A stretch of 64,000 nucleotides of DNA, taken from contig OX597829.1 in the NCBI GenBank assembly GCA_951406725.2, positions 6,324,001 to 6,388,000 of the forward strand, given 5' to 3'. Origin of the DNA: Octopus vulgaris (lineage: Eukaryota). Made by a program: the position numbers and the translations under genes. Positions 1-14,878 of the stretch are shown here, in pieces (the stretch's first letter is position 1; each line of letters starts with the position of its first letter). The notes under the pieces were generated by a model. The model did not search any database and had not been told where the DNA came from. It saw nothing but the letters and a program-made list of their open reading frames with translations.

Positions 1-755
1 TTCAGGGCACGCACCTCACTAATAACCATCTAACCATTGAGTTTCATGACTAGAAACTGACCAAAGGATATTGTCGCCACAAGTACTTCATAACTGATAC
101 TCCTCTGAGCCCTTTTTAACCATTTGACAAATGCCTCCTCGACTCAACTCTCTACTTTCGCTTCTTTCGTCTCTTTCGCAACATCTTTTTCCAAACTGAC
201 AGACTCGCTCTAATTTTCCAGTTTAGTAAGCATGTCCCCAAAACAAGCAAATAACTAATTTGATAAGCCATTCCGAAGTATTTTAATGCTGTGAAAATAC
301 ATATTCAGGACCCTGTCTATTTGTCTTATCGAAGATGATTGTATAGATCCGAATTGCCGGTCGCTGTAGCGAAGTACCCCCAAATGTAGACAACATACAT
401 TATTCTTATAGGTTAATCTCTTAAAATTTCTTAGCATAACAGGTTTATTTACTTATGTTTCCTAGAGTCCACATTCTGGAAATCTAAGTCATACCGTTGT
501 TCAAAGTAGGCCAGTGGAATGAGGTGTAGAAATCGTTACTAGATAGAAGAGAAGCGAACAAATGACTTCAGAAAATTATGGTTTCGCTGATGGCTATTAA
601 GTCCAGCTTTAATGACTTGATGTTATTCAGCATATTTACCTGCTCCCACTTTGATTCTAGATCCCATTGCTTATTGCAAATATTTACATGCAAAAATGTT
701 AAGAAAACAATGTCTTGTTTGAACGCTTTGACAATCCATTGCTTTAGAACTGTGT

Positions 756-808
<53 letters not shown>

Positions 809-1564
809 AGTACGCAGACGTAAGCATCATCACACGTAACATTTCAGTTTTTCCAAAGCTCCTTCACAACATTTGTATTTGAAGTCTAAATTTGCTTTCA
901 CGTCCACCTCGTTTGTTTAATTTGAATGTTATGGAATTGATACCATGAAATCATTTTGCCCTTGAGACCAAATGTGAAATTGCCTTGTTGATCGATACTG
1001 TTGCTTTTGTGGATGATATTTATTTTTCTTATAGCAATTGTCTTCATATTTTTTGTAAATACTGTTCTTCTTGAGGTTCATGATGTAGGTGTTCTTTCTG
1101 CTGCTGTTACAGCTGTTTTTTTTTTCTTAGTGTTGTTTCAATATCTGCATCTGATGTTGATATTGGTGATAACACATTTATCTTGTATACCACTAAATTT
1201 GTGGTATGCTTTATTCTACACACCGTAGATCACCGTATTTTACCTTTTCCTTTTATATTTCCTTCTCGTTCATAAGTATAAATGCAAAAGAAGATAATTA
1301 AAAAAAAAACTAAATTTTTTCTTGCATTCTCTCTTTAGAAAATAAGTGAAGCATGAATACGGAAAATTAGAACAAGGTCAGGTGGTTTGTGCGCGTGACC
1401 ACATTGACCAGAAGACAATATACATACATGTATACACACGCAAACAGGCTCACACACATATGTATATGTATAGGTGTGTGTGTGTGTGTTTGTGCATATA
1501 TATATATATATATATATATTTGCTTCAGGCAGGTTGTTCCGAGTGGTATTTATAATTGGAATTA

Positions 1565-1657
<93 letters not shown>

Positions 1658-1941
1658 CATTACTACTGTTGATAATAATAATAATGATAATAATGAGGAG
1701 GAGAAGGAGGAGGAGGTAGAGGAGAAGAAGAAGAAGAAGAAGAAGAAGAAGAAGAAGAAGGAGGAGGAGGAGGAGGAGAAGGAGGAGAGGGAGAAGGAGA
1801 AGAAGGAGGAGAAGGAGAAGAGGAAGAAGAAGAAGAAGAAGAAGGAGGAGGAGGAGGAGGAGAAGAAGAAGAAGAAGAAGAAGGAGGAGGAGAAGAAGAA
1901 GAAGAAGAAGAAGAAGAAGAAGAAGAAGAAGAAGAAGAAGA
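1565..1941. repeat. Compound trinucleotide array (CTA)n-(AAT)n-(GAG/AAG)n
   Basis: Read directly from the sequence. Confidence 0.97.
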
Positions 1942-2106
1942 ATTTATGACCTTTTTCCTCCTTGTCAACCTCCATTTGATTACGCTGTCCCCACACAGAG
2001 TTGGTTTCACTTAGGAAATGCCCAAAAGAAACAGAACATAGCGAGTGTTGACTGGGAGGATGTAACATACGTATATGCATGCATACATACACACACACAC
2101 GCAATC

Positions 2107-2137
<31 letters not shown>

Positions 2138-2783
2138 CATACATACATACATACATACATACATGCATACATGCATGCATGCATACCGACAGACAGACAG
2201 ACGCATATTCATATATATATATATATATATGTACATTATTATATATTGGTAATATGTAAACAAATTCATTGTTTCATTTTATCCCTTCATATTCTGTTTC
2301 CTTCTCATTTCTGTTATTTCTCATCTGGGAAGAAAAACAAAAACAAAAAAAGACTAATTTTTAACGATTTTATCTGATATTTTCCAATTCTGAGGAAGAA
2401 ATTCCGTTTATATAAATTTTCACTTTTCTTATCTTTTATTCGTCCCGTTCGTTTTATATCCGCTTACTGTGGTTTCATATCTCAAAAATAAATACAGTTA
2501 TATATTGACTCTGTTTCATAATTCTAACTGATGAACCGCAAACTAATCAATGAAATACCACACAAGATGTCTCGACATCTTAAAATATTGCTATCTTCAT
2601 GTATCGGTGTATTATGTAGTGCTCTCTTTCTTGTATTTATCATGGCACTAATTGATGTATAGTTATGTTGCAACCTAGGTGTAAAATCTCTTGTTTAATA
2701 GGGACCTTGTCAAGTATATATTTCAATTTTCTACATACTTTATTCTTAGATATTCTTAAATTTTCGGTATCCACGCTCTTGAG

Positions 2784-2900
2784 TAGTGGTTCTCAACCGA
2801 CGTCTATATCGGCTCTGAGGGTCCATACAGGAATTTTTCGGTGTCCATGCAACAAAATAGTTAACTGGGGATCCACAATAGTGTTTTGAGATCCCTTGAA
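2784..2900 (+). mobile_element. hAT/Charlie-like MITE end
   Basis: TAGTGGTTCTCAACC resembles the CAGTGGTTCTCAA Charlie TIR; no partner TIR was seen. Confidence 0.4.
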
Positions 2901-3294
2901 AAAACTTTGCATTCTATGCATGTATTGATTGATTGATTGATTTTAGTTTCAGCTCATTGAGCTGTGGCCATGCTGGGGCACCGCCATTTGTAAGTTTTGC
3001 CAGAAACAACTGCGTTTCTTTCTCTAATATCGTACGTAGTCCTATCTACATAAATTAATGTGCGAGAAACGTTAATGTTCGGCAAAAAAAAATAGATAGA
3101 ATAGGTACCAGGCTTTAAGAAATTGGTCACAGTATAATCATCATCATCACCTTCTTTTTCTTCTTTTTCTTCTTCTTTTTCTTTTTCTTATTCTTCTTCA
3201 TGTCCTTTTTCTTCTTTTCTTCTTCTTCTTCCACTTCTTTGTCTTCTTCTTCATGACCTCCTCCTCCTCCTGCTTCTTGTACACATCATCATCA

Positions 3295-3406
<112 letters not shown>

Positions 3407-5362
3407 AACCGCTCTTTCAAACCTTCTTACGTTGAAATCGTCCCTGGTGATTCTATCAGGATTTCTACCCTATTAGCAAATGAGGTTATCTTTAATAATC
3501 ATTCCACATCCCATAAATATACCACTGAATTCTCCTGTTACCACATTCACCTAGTTCTGGTATCACCTCGAGGGTTGAATAACATCAGACGTCCTCAACA
3601 GGACCACCAATTACATAATCTCTTTGTAAGCCGTCCAAAACCAGAAAGTGGAAAGTATTATGTTTCGTGTCACCACTCTTTCTTCGGGTTAAATCTTTCT
3701 CAGAGATATTTTTCAAAATCTTAAGCGCCATTTTCCCACTACAGCATAAGTATTACCCTTTTCTAATAACCCCTCAATTAAAACCCACTGTTCTACAACA
3801 CCACACCTAGGATCCACAATTGTTTCCTTTAGTAGCGCAAACTAAGCCGCCTTACTGTAGTTTCTATAACCAATCCTCCTGGACCCTAAATCACCGGATA
3901 ATAATAATACAACCCTCGAGAATCCTACTTGATTCTATAACACCAATCATGGCCCAACTCCACCAAATACTAGGAACCTGACTGCATATACCAGCGGGGA
4001 CACTCTCTCCCAGCCAAACACTAGCAACGTTAAAACACCAGGTCCTTCTTTGAAGATAACAGAACATATGAATCTGACCAGGCTTCTGTTTACGCTGTTA
4101 TATAGCATATTTATGCCGAGTAATAACGTCATGTTCCCCCAGGCTGGAATCCACATTGGTGGCATTTTTGATTTCAATCGCCACTACTGGACTCTCATGA
4201 ATTCCTCAAATCTCGGAATATCCCCTATTGCTTAACCTGGTCTATACATTGCGAGGCTGACTCGTACAATATTAACCTCCATGTTCGTATATTCAAATGT
4301 ATCTCTCGCTATCCTTTGGCATTGTAATCCTCATTATCCAATAAGTTCTCAGCCGAAATCTTCATGTAACACAAATTTTACTCCTCTTTTGCCCATTACG
4401 CAAAGTCTCTATGAATCCTCGTAATGATTAAGCTCCGTCTTAACCTTTAACTATGCTGGCAGCATATTCCTTCTCTCTCTCTCCCTGTCTCCCCTCCTCT
4501 CTCTCTCCTTCTCTCTTCTCTCTCTTTCTCTTTCCCTCCCTATTCTCCTTTTACCTTTCTCCATATAGCAGCATATCTTCCTCCGCCGCTACTTCATACT
4601 CATTCCTTGAATTATTTCCTTCCTTCCCGTTTTTATCTACAAACAGATCCCATCCTTAATTGTTTCAGTCTTCTCATTTTTAATTTTCCTGTACCTTCCC
4701 TCTATCTCTTTACCCAACCCCATTCTTTTATTTCCTCCCTTGCTTCTTTTTGCCTTTTTCTACAGTCAGAAACATCCCTGATTGATTTAACAACTGTTTA
4801 GCGACGTACCCAATCACCAGTGATGCCTCATTCCACCAAACTGACAAAGCTTTCCCTCTTTTCCTTCTTCACTCCGATTCTTCTATTTCTATTCTCTTCT
4901 CTGATTACTGACCTTCCCTCCGCTTGCTTGTATTTCTTTTTGCTCTTCCTCTACTCCTCTACTCCACCTCTCTAAGCCAACTAGATCCTCTCCCACCTTG
5001 CCTTTTACTCCTTTCTTTTCTTCTTCAATCATTAATTCTCTCGCATTATGATGTGAACTGCTATTTGCAAGTTTTCTTCTGATGAAAGAAGCCGGTCCTA
5101 TGGTAATGTCTGTATGCGACGTTAGCATTTTCACACCTTTGACCTTATGACCTTTCCATCTGCCAATTTCGATCGTATTTACATAATTCCGAGCTCATAG
5201 AAACAATTCTCTCCTTAGTATTTTCTAATTTTTTTATGCTCCAGGTAAATGTAAATTTATTTTTCTTTATATGGGAATACTTATATACTTATACATAAGT
5301 GTTTATCTCCTGAATATATATTTATCTGTCTGTCTGTCTATATGCACGTATGTATATGTGCG

Positions 5363-5394
<32 letters not shown>

Positions 5395-7989
5395 CAAATA
5401 TGAAGATAAAACCAGATAGAGATAGAGGCAGAGAGAAGGAGAGAGAGAGAGAGGGTCGGAAAAAGGAATAGGCATATATATATAAATGGCACAAATATAT
5501 AGATGTTTCAAAATTCGTCTCACATCACAGAATTCAAATATAAGACACCACAGTGCTTCATTTTGGACAAGTATCTTTTGATGTGACTTGTGTTTAACTC
5601 ATGTGCCACGAGCTGAGTAGGACTACATGGAAGCAGCGGTTCAAAACATTATCTTCTCACACTCACTTACGTTGATGTTGCCCAAGTTTTTGTAACAAAT
5701 GTGATTACAAGTGAACAGTTTGGTCCTTATAGTATATAGAGACCAATAAAACACTCTGCAGTGTTTTCAATGATATGTGAAAAAGAAGTCTCACTATATT
5801 GACGAAGAGTCCATCTTTTTCCTTGTACTATTCCGTCGTAATGTATAAATAGGACTATCAGATAGCTACACATGCTACATGGAAAGCCCTATGTATTATG
5901 TCTAAATCTCTTTAGTGAAATATATTCTGTTATAAATATCAATTTAAAGCGCGTATTCTGTATGGCTTCCATTTTGTTAAATGCAATTTTCTAATTTGTT
6001 TTGAAAGATTGCAAAAAAACGCGTTTCTTTTAGTTAATTTTCACCTGATTAAATTCATATTCGATCTAATTTTTCAATTCTTTAAATTAGCTTATATGGA
6101 GAAGAACACCATAGATTTCAGTTTCCCATGAGAAAACAGTGGCACTACGCGCGAAGAAAAAAATCTACGTGCAACTGAATACGTGAAAAGATCACGACCC
6201 GCATGCAATATTTTATACATTTCAACAATATGACTCTATAATTTAAGTAGACATATGTTATAAGTTATTGACGGAGAAAAGGGGTTTTATAAGTTACATC
6301 TAAAAGGGGAAAACGAAGAAAAGTGGAAGCGTATAATATCGATTTAGTAAAGTTTATATTTACGACTTAGATACTTAAGGTTATTGATTCAAAAAGGCAT
6401 TTTCTTATTGTAGAAAGCTGTGTTGTAGAACATTTACGTAATCGTGGGTTTGTATGTGTATATGTATATTTTTCTGTTGGAATCAATAACATTTTCTACA
6501 CGCTTAAGTTTTTACTCCTTGTGTGTTTAAACTGCTTTAAAATTTTATTTTGTTATTGTTGCTCTTGTTGATGCACATCACACATAAGTTTTGATTTAAC
6601 CGTCTTTCATAGATTTATACTCACTACCAGTTCCATAAACAGTGACAACAACCAGTGCCGACCAAAACAACAATGGCAATAACAAAAGTAAGGCAAACGA
6701 AAAGAAGAGCAAGAATAACAAAAAGAAAAATGAAAATAACAAAATAACGACGAAAACTAAAATAAGAAAATGAGAACAAAGAATGGTAAAAACCAAAATC
6801 AATTTACTCTTTCATCACACGTACTAAGCCCAGCTACAACACCACAAATATTTACTCCGACGCGTAAACTGGAGACACTCTAGAAATTGCAAACCTCGCG
6901 TAGACGGGTTTGCTAACTTCGTTCTCCTGATAAAAGAGAAAATATATTATCGGTGGAAAAACATACCGAATAAGGATGGGTAAAATGTTTCATTAAACAT
7001 ACATAAATCCGTTCTGTAAGAAACCCGTCTCAAGTCTGTAGTATGGAAAACATAAGCAACAAAAAATAGAAAAACAGAGCAGACAACAAACATAGCAGCC
7101 AATCGTAAAAATGCCTCAGACTCATCTTGGATAACAAAATACGTGTAACCGGGGAGAAACAGTGGAGCACAGTAGAAGGGAGATTCCCTACAGAGGGTGA
7201 GGCTAGAGAGGACGCGGCAATAATTCCAGAATGACAGACTGACACTCATATCAGGCTGGTTCCTTACTGCTGGCGTCTTCCACATGGAGGAAAAATAACA
7301 ATAATTAATATTATGCAGAAGAGATGACTCAGACTGTTCCCGCCAATGTCAGGAGTCGATACCAGAGCATAGTTCCTCATAACGTTAATTAAACCTCATC
7401 AGAAATCTTGAACCGTTTTCACATCAACAATTTGTCCCACTTGCACAATACTGTGGACAACATTCAAGATGCTAAATGCCTAGTCTTGGTCCATCTTTGA
7501 CACATGCCTGAAATACTGCCAGGGTGAAATGCTGTGGAATGACGTGTCGGATGAAAGATGCCCATACATGTTTACCCGAGTTTTCATTCACCGTTGATGA
7601 TACCATCACAGTAATTTAGATATTTCTGCTAATGCGTGAGCTTCAACAGCAAATGGCATATCTCCAAGGAAACAATGTGGTGACCACCATGGAATAAACG
7701 GTGCCAAAAATAAATTTCTTGTCCATCAGAACCTGATCTTTCTATAAGAATCACATAACTGTGCATCTCTCCCTCTCTCCCCCCTCTCTCTCTCTCTCTA
7801 TTTATATAGATATATTATTTTATTCCTTCACTTGTTTCAGTAATGCAGCTGTGGTCATACTGGAGCACCACTATGGTCTTTCTGATTTCCTCAGTCTGGG
7901 GTGATTCACATCACCACTCCTGTAGGTACCTTTGTCCCAGCTGTTCACCCGTTTGGTGTATGAGGAATTTTGATTACGCTGCCCCCCGT

Positions 7990-8570
7990 CTGCATCTCAT
8001 GTCGGTCTGTTGCTGGAGAAGAGGATGTCATGTTTCTCTTTTGAAGACATCTACTTCCACCTTATGCAGATTCCTTAAGTTTTGTGGCAGAGCAATGAAG
8101 AGCTGTGGCCCTTTGAACCTTAGACTATTGCAGCACCTGGACTTAAATTTAGATGGAGTGGGTAGTACCTTTGGTACAATACAATGGCGGCCAGCTCTGG
8201 CATTCGTTTAACACTCAATATCGAAGTTAAGTACTAGCCCTTCTAGGATTTTCCATATGTATATTATTGCATATCTTTCTCGCTTCGCACCAGAAAGTAA
8301 AGCTGTGGTGTTCTCAACCTATCCATGTAGTTCATCTGCTACACTATTTCAGTCTTTTTTGTGTTGTGGCGGTAGACTGAGTCAAGCTCCGCTGTTAGTT
8401 TGGCACTAAGTGGTGACCATAACACGGAGCAATAGTCCAGGCGGCTGAAAACAAAGATTCTCTGCAAGGTCAACATAGTTTCTTGCTCTTGGATCTCAGT
8501 ATCCATCCTGTCAACTGTCTGCACTTTGCTTCTATCTTGCTAATGTGCATTTAAAATGATGTGTCAGTGC
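7990..8570 (-). mobile_element. CR1/L2-group LINE remnant (RT C-terminus)
   Basis: LTLQRIFVFSRLDYCSVLWSP..ELDSVYRHNTKK, followed by YMDRL..L..RYAIIYIWKILEG and GPQLFIALP. Confidence 0.75.
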
Positions 8571-8759
8571 CTCCTATTTTAGAGCTGCAATATCAAAGAA
8601 TGTATGTGTGTGTGTGTGTGTATATACATATGTATGTATATATATGTAGAGAGACAAACAGACAAACTGGCAGATAGAAAGAAAGACCGAGAGAGATGGG
8701 GAGAAACAGAAAGACAGAGGCAGAGAGCAAGAGAACAGGCTTGTTAAGACATGGAGTCA

Positions 8760-9680
8760 AATGCAGGTGTTATTCAAATCATTTATACTTTCAACATACG
8801 TTTCGAAAAATCATTGAGATTATCCCGGAAGTAATAAAAATGATGTAAAACAATGCAATCAATTCGTCAAGAAAAAAAGGAGCAAAACACACCAAGAAAC
8901 CATTTTAACCGAATGTGATTACCGCGTACGTAAGGAGAACTCTAGCGAGTTATTTTTTAAAAAGTCGTCAATAGATTTAACTTGAAAGGTGAATTAGAGA
9001 AAGAGGAGGAGAATGAAAGAAATTAACAAAAAATTAAGAGAGGAAAAATATAATGTGATAAATGAATGAAATAAAATTTAAAAGCGTGGAAATAGATATA
9101 TGTAGTGGAAATGAAATGTAAGAAGACAGTTAAAGTATCTAGATAGAATTTTCCATTCTAAACCATAGTTTTTATTATGTTCCTCTAGAGAACAAATGAA
9201 TTTACTAAGTCCAGTATTGAATAATGACAACTGAGACGAAGGGCTACCTATTAAAAAAAAATAAAACGTCATCAGAACCGGAAGAAATTTTACATTGATA
9301 ATCAGAATTTCTAGTCTTAGAATTAGAGCTAAGGAACGAATTCGATTCAAATTTATATCAGAAATATCAATATTGTTATTATTGTTCACATAATGTTTAG
9401 CGTTAATAATATCAATGTTATTATTTTCATTAAGTAGATTTAATAACTTATAGCTATGTGAAGAAATGATTTCTGAAAGGCTTTTGGTTTTTGAAAAAAC
9501 TGTCCTAACTCGGTGTGAATTGTTAATGGAATGGTATCTGGAATTTTTTGGAAAATTCTTACCGATAGCTTCACGAAACAGATAAGGGAGGTTGGACTTG
9601 ATTTTTTTATCAAATGGAATGATCAACCAAATTGTTTCACTAGAACTTACCTTGTTATTTGTGTAATTAACTTTAAAAGT
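8760..9680 (-). mobile_element. Penelope-like retroelement remnant (post-RT linker and end of GIY-YIG region)
   Basis: ORF 9078-9626 (IIPFDKKIKSNLPYLFREAIGKNFPKNSRYHSINNSHRVRTVFSKTKSLSEIISSHSYKLL and TGLSKFICSLEEHNKNYGLEWKILSR) resembles, as recalled, PLE motifs WFNPP..K.FP....H.IFN...V..S....I...I.SHN.K.L and LSKYIW.L......I.W.IL. A GAAACGTA hammerhead half-motif lies near 8800 (-). Confidence 0.65.
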
Positions 9681-9944
9681 CCTAGACAGAATTTATGACG
9701 TTTATATTACTTATGAGGTATTCTATATTTTCAGCTAGAGTGTATTTGGGTCTCAAGGGGTGGTACAAACTTAGTAATGTGTTTTTGTAGTGAAAATTTT
9801 CCATTCAAATGGTAATTACCAGATGATTTCTGTTTGAGTCTAACCTTTTTCAGTCATAGTGGAAGCCTAACCTTAGTCGTAAATAAGCATACGAATATTG
9901 TATAAATTTTATTATTGAAAAATTTGCTATATTTTGTTCATACC

Positions 9945-10023
9945 AGTATACCAGCCTGCGAGAGCAATAAAATAGGCTTGCGGGTGCAATTGCGCCCGTG
10001 CACAAGGGTTTTCCCCACCCCTG
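9945..10023 (-). mobile_element. hAT-like MITE end
   Basis: Minus strand CAGGGGTGGGGAAAACC is a hAT-type TIR followed by GC-rich subterminal motifs. Confidence 0.45.
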
Positions 10024-10370
10024 GTTTAACTGAAAGGGCGTAGATCCTCTTCAGATCTACGATCCCTAGCTTTCTATTGAACTCTAGCTCTGAAAATTCC
10101 AGCGATTGCAAACATAAGTATAAATTATTGGAAAAACTACATATACTTGATTAAATTTCTGATATCTTTCAAGCCTTATAATTTAAGGTCTAAGGAGAAT
10201 GACTCTTTTACCTTGTTTCTGCTTTTTATTTTTGACATTTTAGGTTTTGTTTTTCATTTTCCATATCTCGTCTTCCGTTTTTTAAAACCCTCTGCATTTT
10301 CTATATGCAGCCTTTCCACGTTTTTCACGTTTCTTTCTTAAATTTTTTCTAGTTCGTTATATGTGGTTTG

Positions 10371-10421
10371 TGCCTGAGGGATATGTTTTGAGATATTTCC
10401 CAACATATGAAACTATTAGCA
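10371..10421 (+). ncRNA. Degenerate hammerhead fold
   Basis: TGC-CTGAGGG-ATATGTT(14 nt)AACATAT-GAAA-CTATT-A-GCA: 7-bp stem II; A9G and a stem III mismatch suggest decay. Confidence 0.5.
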
Positions 10422-10738
10422 GTACTTAAATACATGTGTCCTTTAAATAAATACATTTATCTCTCACTGGATGGAGTACATTTTTCTTGGATTTTCAATC
10501 ACGGAACAGTGCATTATACTTACATACATACATACATACATACATACAAACATACATACATACATACATGCATGCATGCATACATACATACATACAAACA
10601 TACATACATACATACATACATACAAACATGCATACATACATACATACATACAAACATACATACATACAAACATACATACATACATACATGCATGCATACA
10701 TACATAAATACATAAAAACATACATAATACATACATAT

Positions 10739-10806
<68 letters not shown>

Positions 10807-11049
10807 ATATATATGTACTATGTATCACTCTCTCTCTCTGTATATATAAATTTAAGTCACAGTATCTGGATTCATCTAATCCGGTGGTACTCAGAAAAAC
10901 TCCTTAATGTATCATTCTACAAAATATAGAAAATATACGATACAACACAAAAGAAAAACATGTTAAAATATTATTTTTAACATGGATTTCTTTTAACCTG
11001 AAGAGCTGGCATAATATATGCATTAATTTAAAGATTATATATATATATA

Positions 11050-11120
<71 letters not shown>

Positions 11121-11223
11121 TACAGATATATATATGTACAATCATACATACATATATACATACACATACATACTTATATATATACGCACATATATATAAA
11201 TACATATTTACATACATGTGTAC

Positions 11224-11280
<57 letters not shown>

Positions 11281-11284
11281 CGAG

Positions 11285-11728
11285 CGCAATTCAAGCTTCT
11301 CTGCTACTTCCTCAACTGCTAAGATGGAATTTTGTTCCACCAGGATTTGCAGGACATCCTCGTCGAGCTCTACAGATCTTCCAGGTCGAGGCTCATTTTC
11401 TAGGCTGTAGTTTTCAGCTCAGAATTTCTGGAACCGCAGTTAACACTGGCTTATGCTTCTTGGCCGATCCCCATGTACTGTATTAATATCCCTTGCACTT
11501 TCTGTTGATTTTTTGCCTTTGTTGAACTCATAAAATAAAATATACCAAATATGATAATTTCTCATTTCCACTAACTGTTAAAATCGAAATGCGCTCTTCA
11601 AAACATGCACTAAGAATAAATACAAGGTAAAATTACTACCTGCTAGTTGATGCAAATACTTTATCCCATCACCGTCCGACTTCTATTTCATCCAATTGAA
11701 AAACCGCATTATTTATGGGATGACCCAA
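11285..11728 (-). mobile_element. Mariner transposon remnant (left TIR plus N-terminal HTH)
   Basis: TA|TTGGGTCATCCCATAAATAATGCGG TIR. Decayed protein reads HIWYILFYEFNKGK...[38 protein letters not shown]. Confidence 0.8.
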
Positions 11729-11850
11729 TATATACACCTAAATGTATTTTTATCTTGCAAACCTACATACACACACACACATATGCCCGCGCACACACAC
11801 GTGCGCTCGCGCGCTGGAATATAGGTATGTATATGTATATATATACATAT

Positions 11851-12312
11851 ATAATGCCAAATATGCCGAAATTAGACACATTGTCTATAACCATATATTT
11901 TTCATTATACGCACGCTACTCGAAAAAGGTCGACATAAATTTCTAAAAAATTCCATTATTACCATATCAGACCGATTTCAAGGTTAGCTCTTAAGAACTA
12001 ATGTCAGTGATAAATGTGGCTAAGTATCTCATTTATTTCTTTGCCACATTTATCACTGACGAACTAACCCTGAAATCGGTCCGATATGGTAATAATGGAA
12101 TTTTTTAGAAATTTCTGTCTACCTTTTTCGAGTAGCGTGCGTATTGTGAAAAATATGTGGTTATGGACAATGTGTCTAATTTCAGCATATTTGGCATTAG
12201 AAATTTTCCCGTTTGCCCTTATTTATAAGTTGTTTATAGATTTAACCTTTAGAGGTATTTTTTAATATGCTGGCCATTGATAACATTTTTTTTCGAAAAA
12301 TTTTTATCCTAC
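11851..12312. mobile_element. Foldback/MITE: ~170-bp imperfect inverted repeat (11851-12199) plus an outer arm
   Basis: TAATGCCAAATATGCCGAAATTAGACACATTGTC... pairs with ...GACAATGTGTCTAATTTCAGCATATTTGGCATTA. The inner GTCAGTGATAAATGTGGC pairs with GCCACATTTATCACTGAC. A related arm lies at 19745-19985. Confidence 0.8.
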
Positions 12313-12323
12313 ATTAAATATAA

Positions 12324-12358
<35 letters not shown>

Positions 12359-12597
12359 CGAAAAGCGGAGTAGACGAAACAGAGACAACTGAAGAAGAGG
12401 AATATTCTTTGTGTTGTATGTCTTATACTCTGCTTTTTCATTGCTTGAAAAAAGTCCGTTTCCATGTTTTTGCTTTTATGTTTTAGTTTCTCATTGTGTT
12501 CAACGTTTTTTTTTATATCCTGTACCCAAATATGCATGTATGTATAAATATAGATGTAAGTATGTGCATATATGCATATATTTATATATTATTTATG

Positions 12598-12638
<41 letters not shown>

Positions 12639-13165
12639 AATATGTGATCGTTGATACAGTGTTTCACTTCGAACTGTGTAGCTGGTTATATAGTTTGCTG
12701 TTTATGTAATTGTCTTAACCTAGAAATACCATTCATTTTCTCCCATGTACACATACATTCACTTACGCACTTATTTAACGATGTATATACATACATGTAT
12801 ACAGGGATAGATTAATTATTGAGGTCATACGAATTATATAATCTTTTGAGAGAATGATATTGTTCTTTTTTGGAATACCTCGAAGCACAATAAAAATCAA
12901 TACATAATAACATGTAAATGTTACATTGGAAAATCCTTTGGGATTGAAAAATGTGAAGGCTACCCGTGGAGCTGGAAACCACATCTTCTGTAGACATGAC
13001 TGGCGTTCTACCCACTGTATATAAAATGTAAAAATGATATAAAAGCCTTGGAGCGTACTATGAACTATACTGATGATTTCTTTACAAAAAATGATAAGAA
13101 CAATAAAATGAAAAAAATTACACAGTTGTGAATAAAATATAAGTTAATGGCACAAATTAATTGAT

Positions 13166-13598
13166 GCAGGTGCGGCTGTGTGGTAAGAATCTTGGTTCTT
13201 AACAGCATGGTTCTGGGTTCAGTTCCACTGTTTGGCACCTTAGCCAATTTTCTTCTACTATAGCCTCAGGACCAAAGCCTTGTGAGTAGATTTGTTAGGC
13301 GGAAAATGAAAGACGCCTGTCATATGCATGTATGTATGTGTGTGCGTGTTTGCGTGTGTATATGTGTGTATGTGTGTGTGTGTGTGTGTGTTTGTGTCTT
13401 GGTGCCTATATTTGTCCTCCAACCATCGCATGACAACAGGTGGTGCTGTGTTTATTTCCCTGTAACTTAGCAGTTCGGGAAAAAGACGTGGAGAGGCTTA
13501 CTAAAATAACTCCTGGGGTCAATAACTTCGACTAAAATCCCCTTTAAAATGGTGCTTCAACATGACCGAGTCAAATGTCTGAAACGTGAAAGAAGAGG
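13166..13598 (+). mobile_element. SINE family A, diverged full-length copy
   Basis: Colinear with 13657-14045. Confidence 0.85.
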
Positions 13599-13656
13599 AA
13601 ATAGTAATTCAATAAAATATGTTGCAAGAAGAACCTGATAAAAATTATATATATAC

Positions 13657-14045
13657 GCATAGTGGCTGTGTAGTAAGTAGCTTGTCTACCAACCACATGG
13701 TTCCGGGTTCAGTCCCACTGCGTGGCACCTTGGGCAAGTGTCTTCTACTATAGCCTCGGGCCGACCAAAGCCTTGTGAGTTGATTTGGTAGACGGAAACT
13801 GAAGGAAGCCCGTCGTATATATGTATATATATATATGCGTGTGTGTTTGTCCCCTATCATTGCTTGACAACCGATGCTGGTGTGTTTATGTCCCCGTTAC
13901 TTAGCGGTTCGGCAAAAGAGACCGATAGAATAAGTACTGGGCTTCCAAAAGAATAAGTCCCGGGGTCGAGTTGCTCGATTAAAGGCGGTGCTCCAGCATG
14001 GCCACAGTCAAATGACTGAAACAAGTAAAAGAGTAAGAGTAAGAG
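13657..14045 (+). mobile_element. tRNA-derived SINE family A, full length
   Basis: A box TGGCTGTGTAGT, B box GGTTCAGTCCC, CORE-like ACCTTGGGCAAGT, central (TA)/(TG) tract, and a tail ending GACTGAAACAAGTAAAAGAGTAAGAG. More than 15 related pieces occur in the window. Confidence 0.9.
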
Positions 14046-14142
14046 AAGATAATGAAAATAATACGTTTAATTAATCTGAAAAATACATATAACAAATCTA
14101 AGGTCGAAAAGACTGTATATCGAAAGTTTGTACAGAAAGAAA

Positions 14143-14224
<82 letters not shown>

Positions 14225-14225
14225 G

Positions 14226-14307
<82 letters not shown>

Positions 14308-14831
14308 TATGTATACAGTCTTCATATGTGAAAAAGACAGGTAAAGAAAGAAATAATAAGCAACGCGATGACGCGATGAGAAGGAAGAGAGCTGGAATTT
14401 TGAAACGAAGAATCACAACGTTGAAAAAAATCTAAAAAGAACATTTGAATGGGTGCCTATATCTATATCTATATACGAGTGTGTCTATGTCCTCGTGTAT
14501 GTGTGTTTGTGTGTGTTTCTCTCTCTATATATTATGTTTTACTATTTACTTGGTTCAGTCAGTAGACTCCGGCCATGTTGAGTCATCCTTTCCAAGAATT
14601 TTTAGCCGAATGAATCGACCCCACTACTTATTTTTTAAACCTAGTACATATCCTATTGTTCTCTATCACTAAGTTACGGGAACATAAGCACACTAACACC
14701 GGTTGTCAAGTGGAGATGGGGGGACAAATGCAGACACACATACATAGAAATACACACACACACACACACACGCATATATATGTATATATATATCAAATAA
14801 AATTAAAAACAGAACACCAAAGAAATTGCGG

Positions 14832-14878
14832 TACACGTGTTTCAAGCTTTATAAATAATCCGTACTTGCATCAGTGTA
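14832..14878 (-). ncRNA. Degenerate hammerhead-like fold
   Basis: Minus strand reads TACA-CTGATGC-AAG...CTT-GAAA-CACG-TGTA; a clean UH site is missing. Confidence 0.35.

Noticed and set aside
2528-2560. CTGATGA...GAAA hammerhead candidate
   Set aside because: No convincing stem I or stem II pairing.
3410-5150. Possible decayed LINE on the minus strand
   Set aside because: Strand asymmetry is suggestive, but I could not read any RT or endonuclease motif.
6879-6915. Hairpin GCAAACC/GGTTTGC near CTAG as a Helitron 3' end
   Set aside because: The flank does not fit the A|T insertion rule and no matching 5' end was found.
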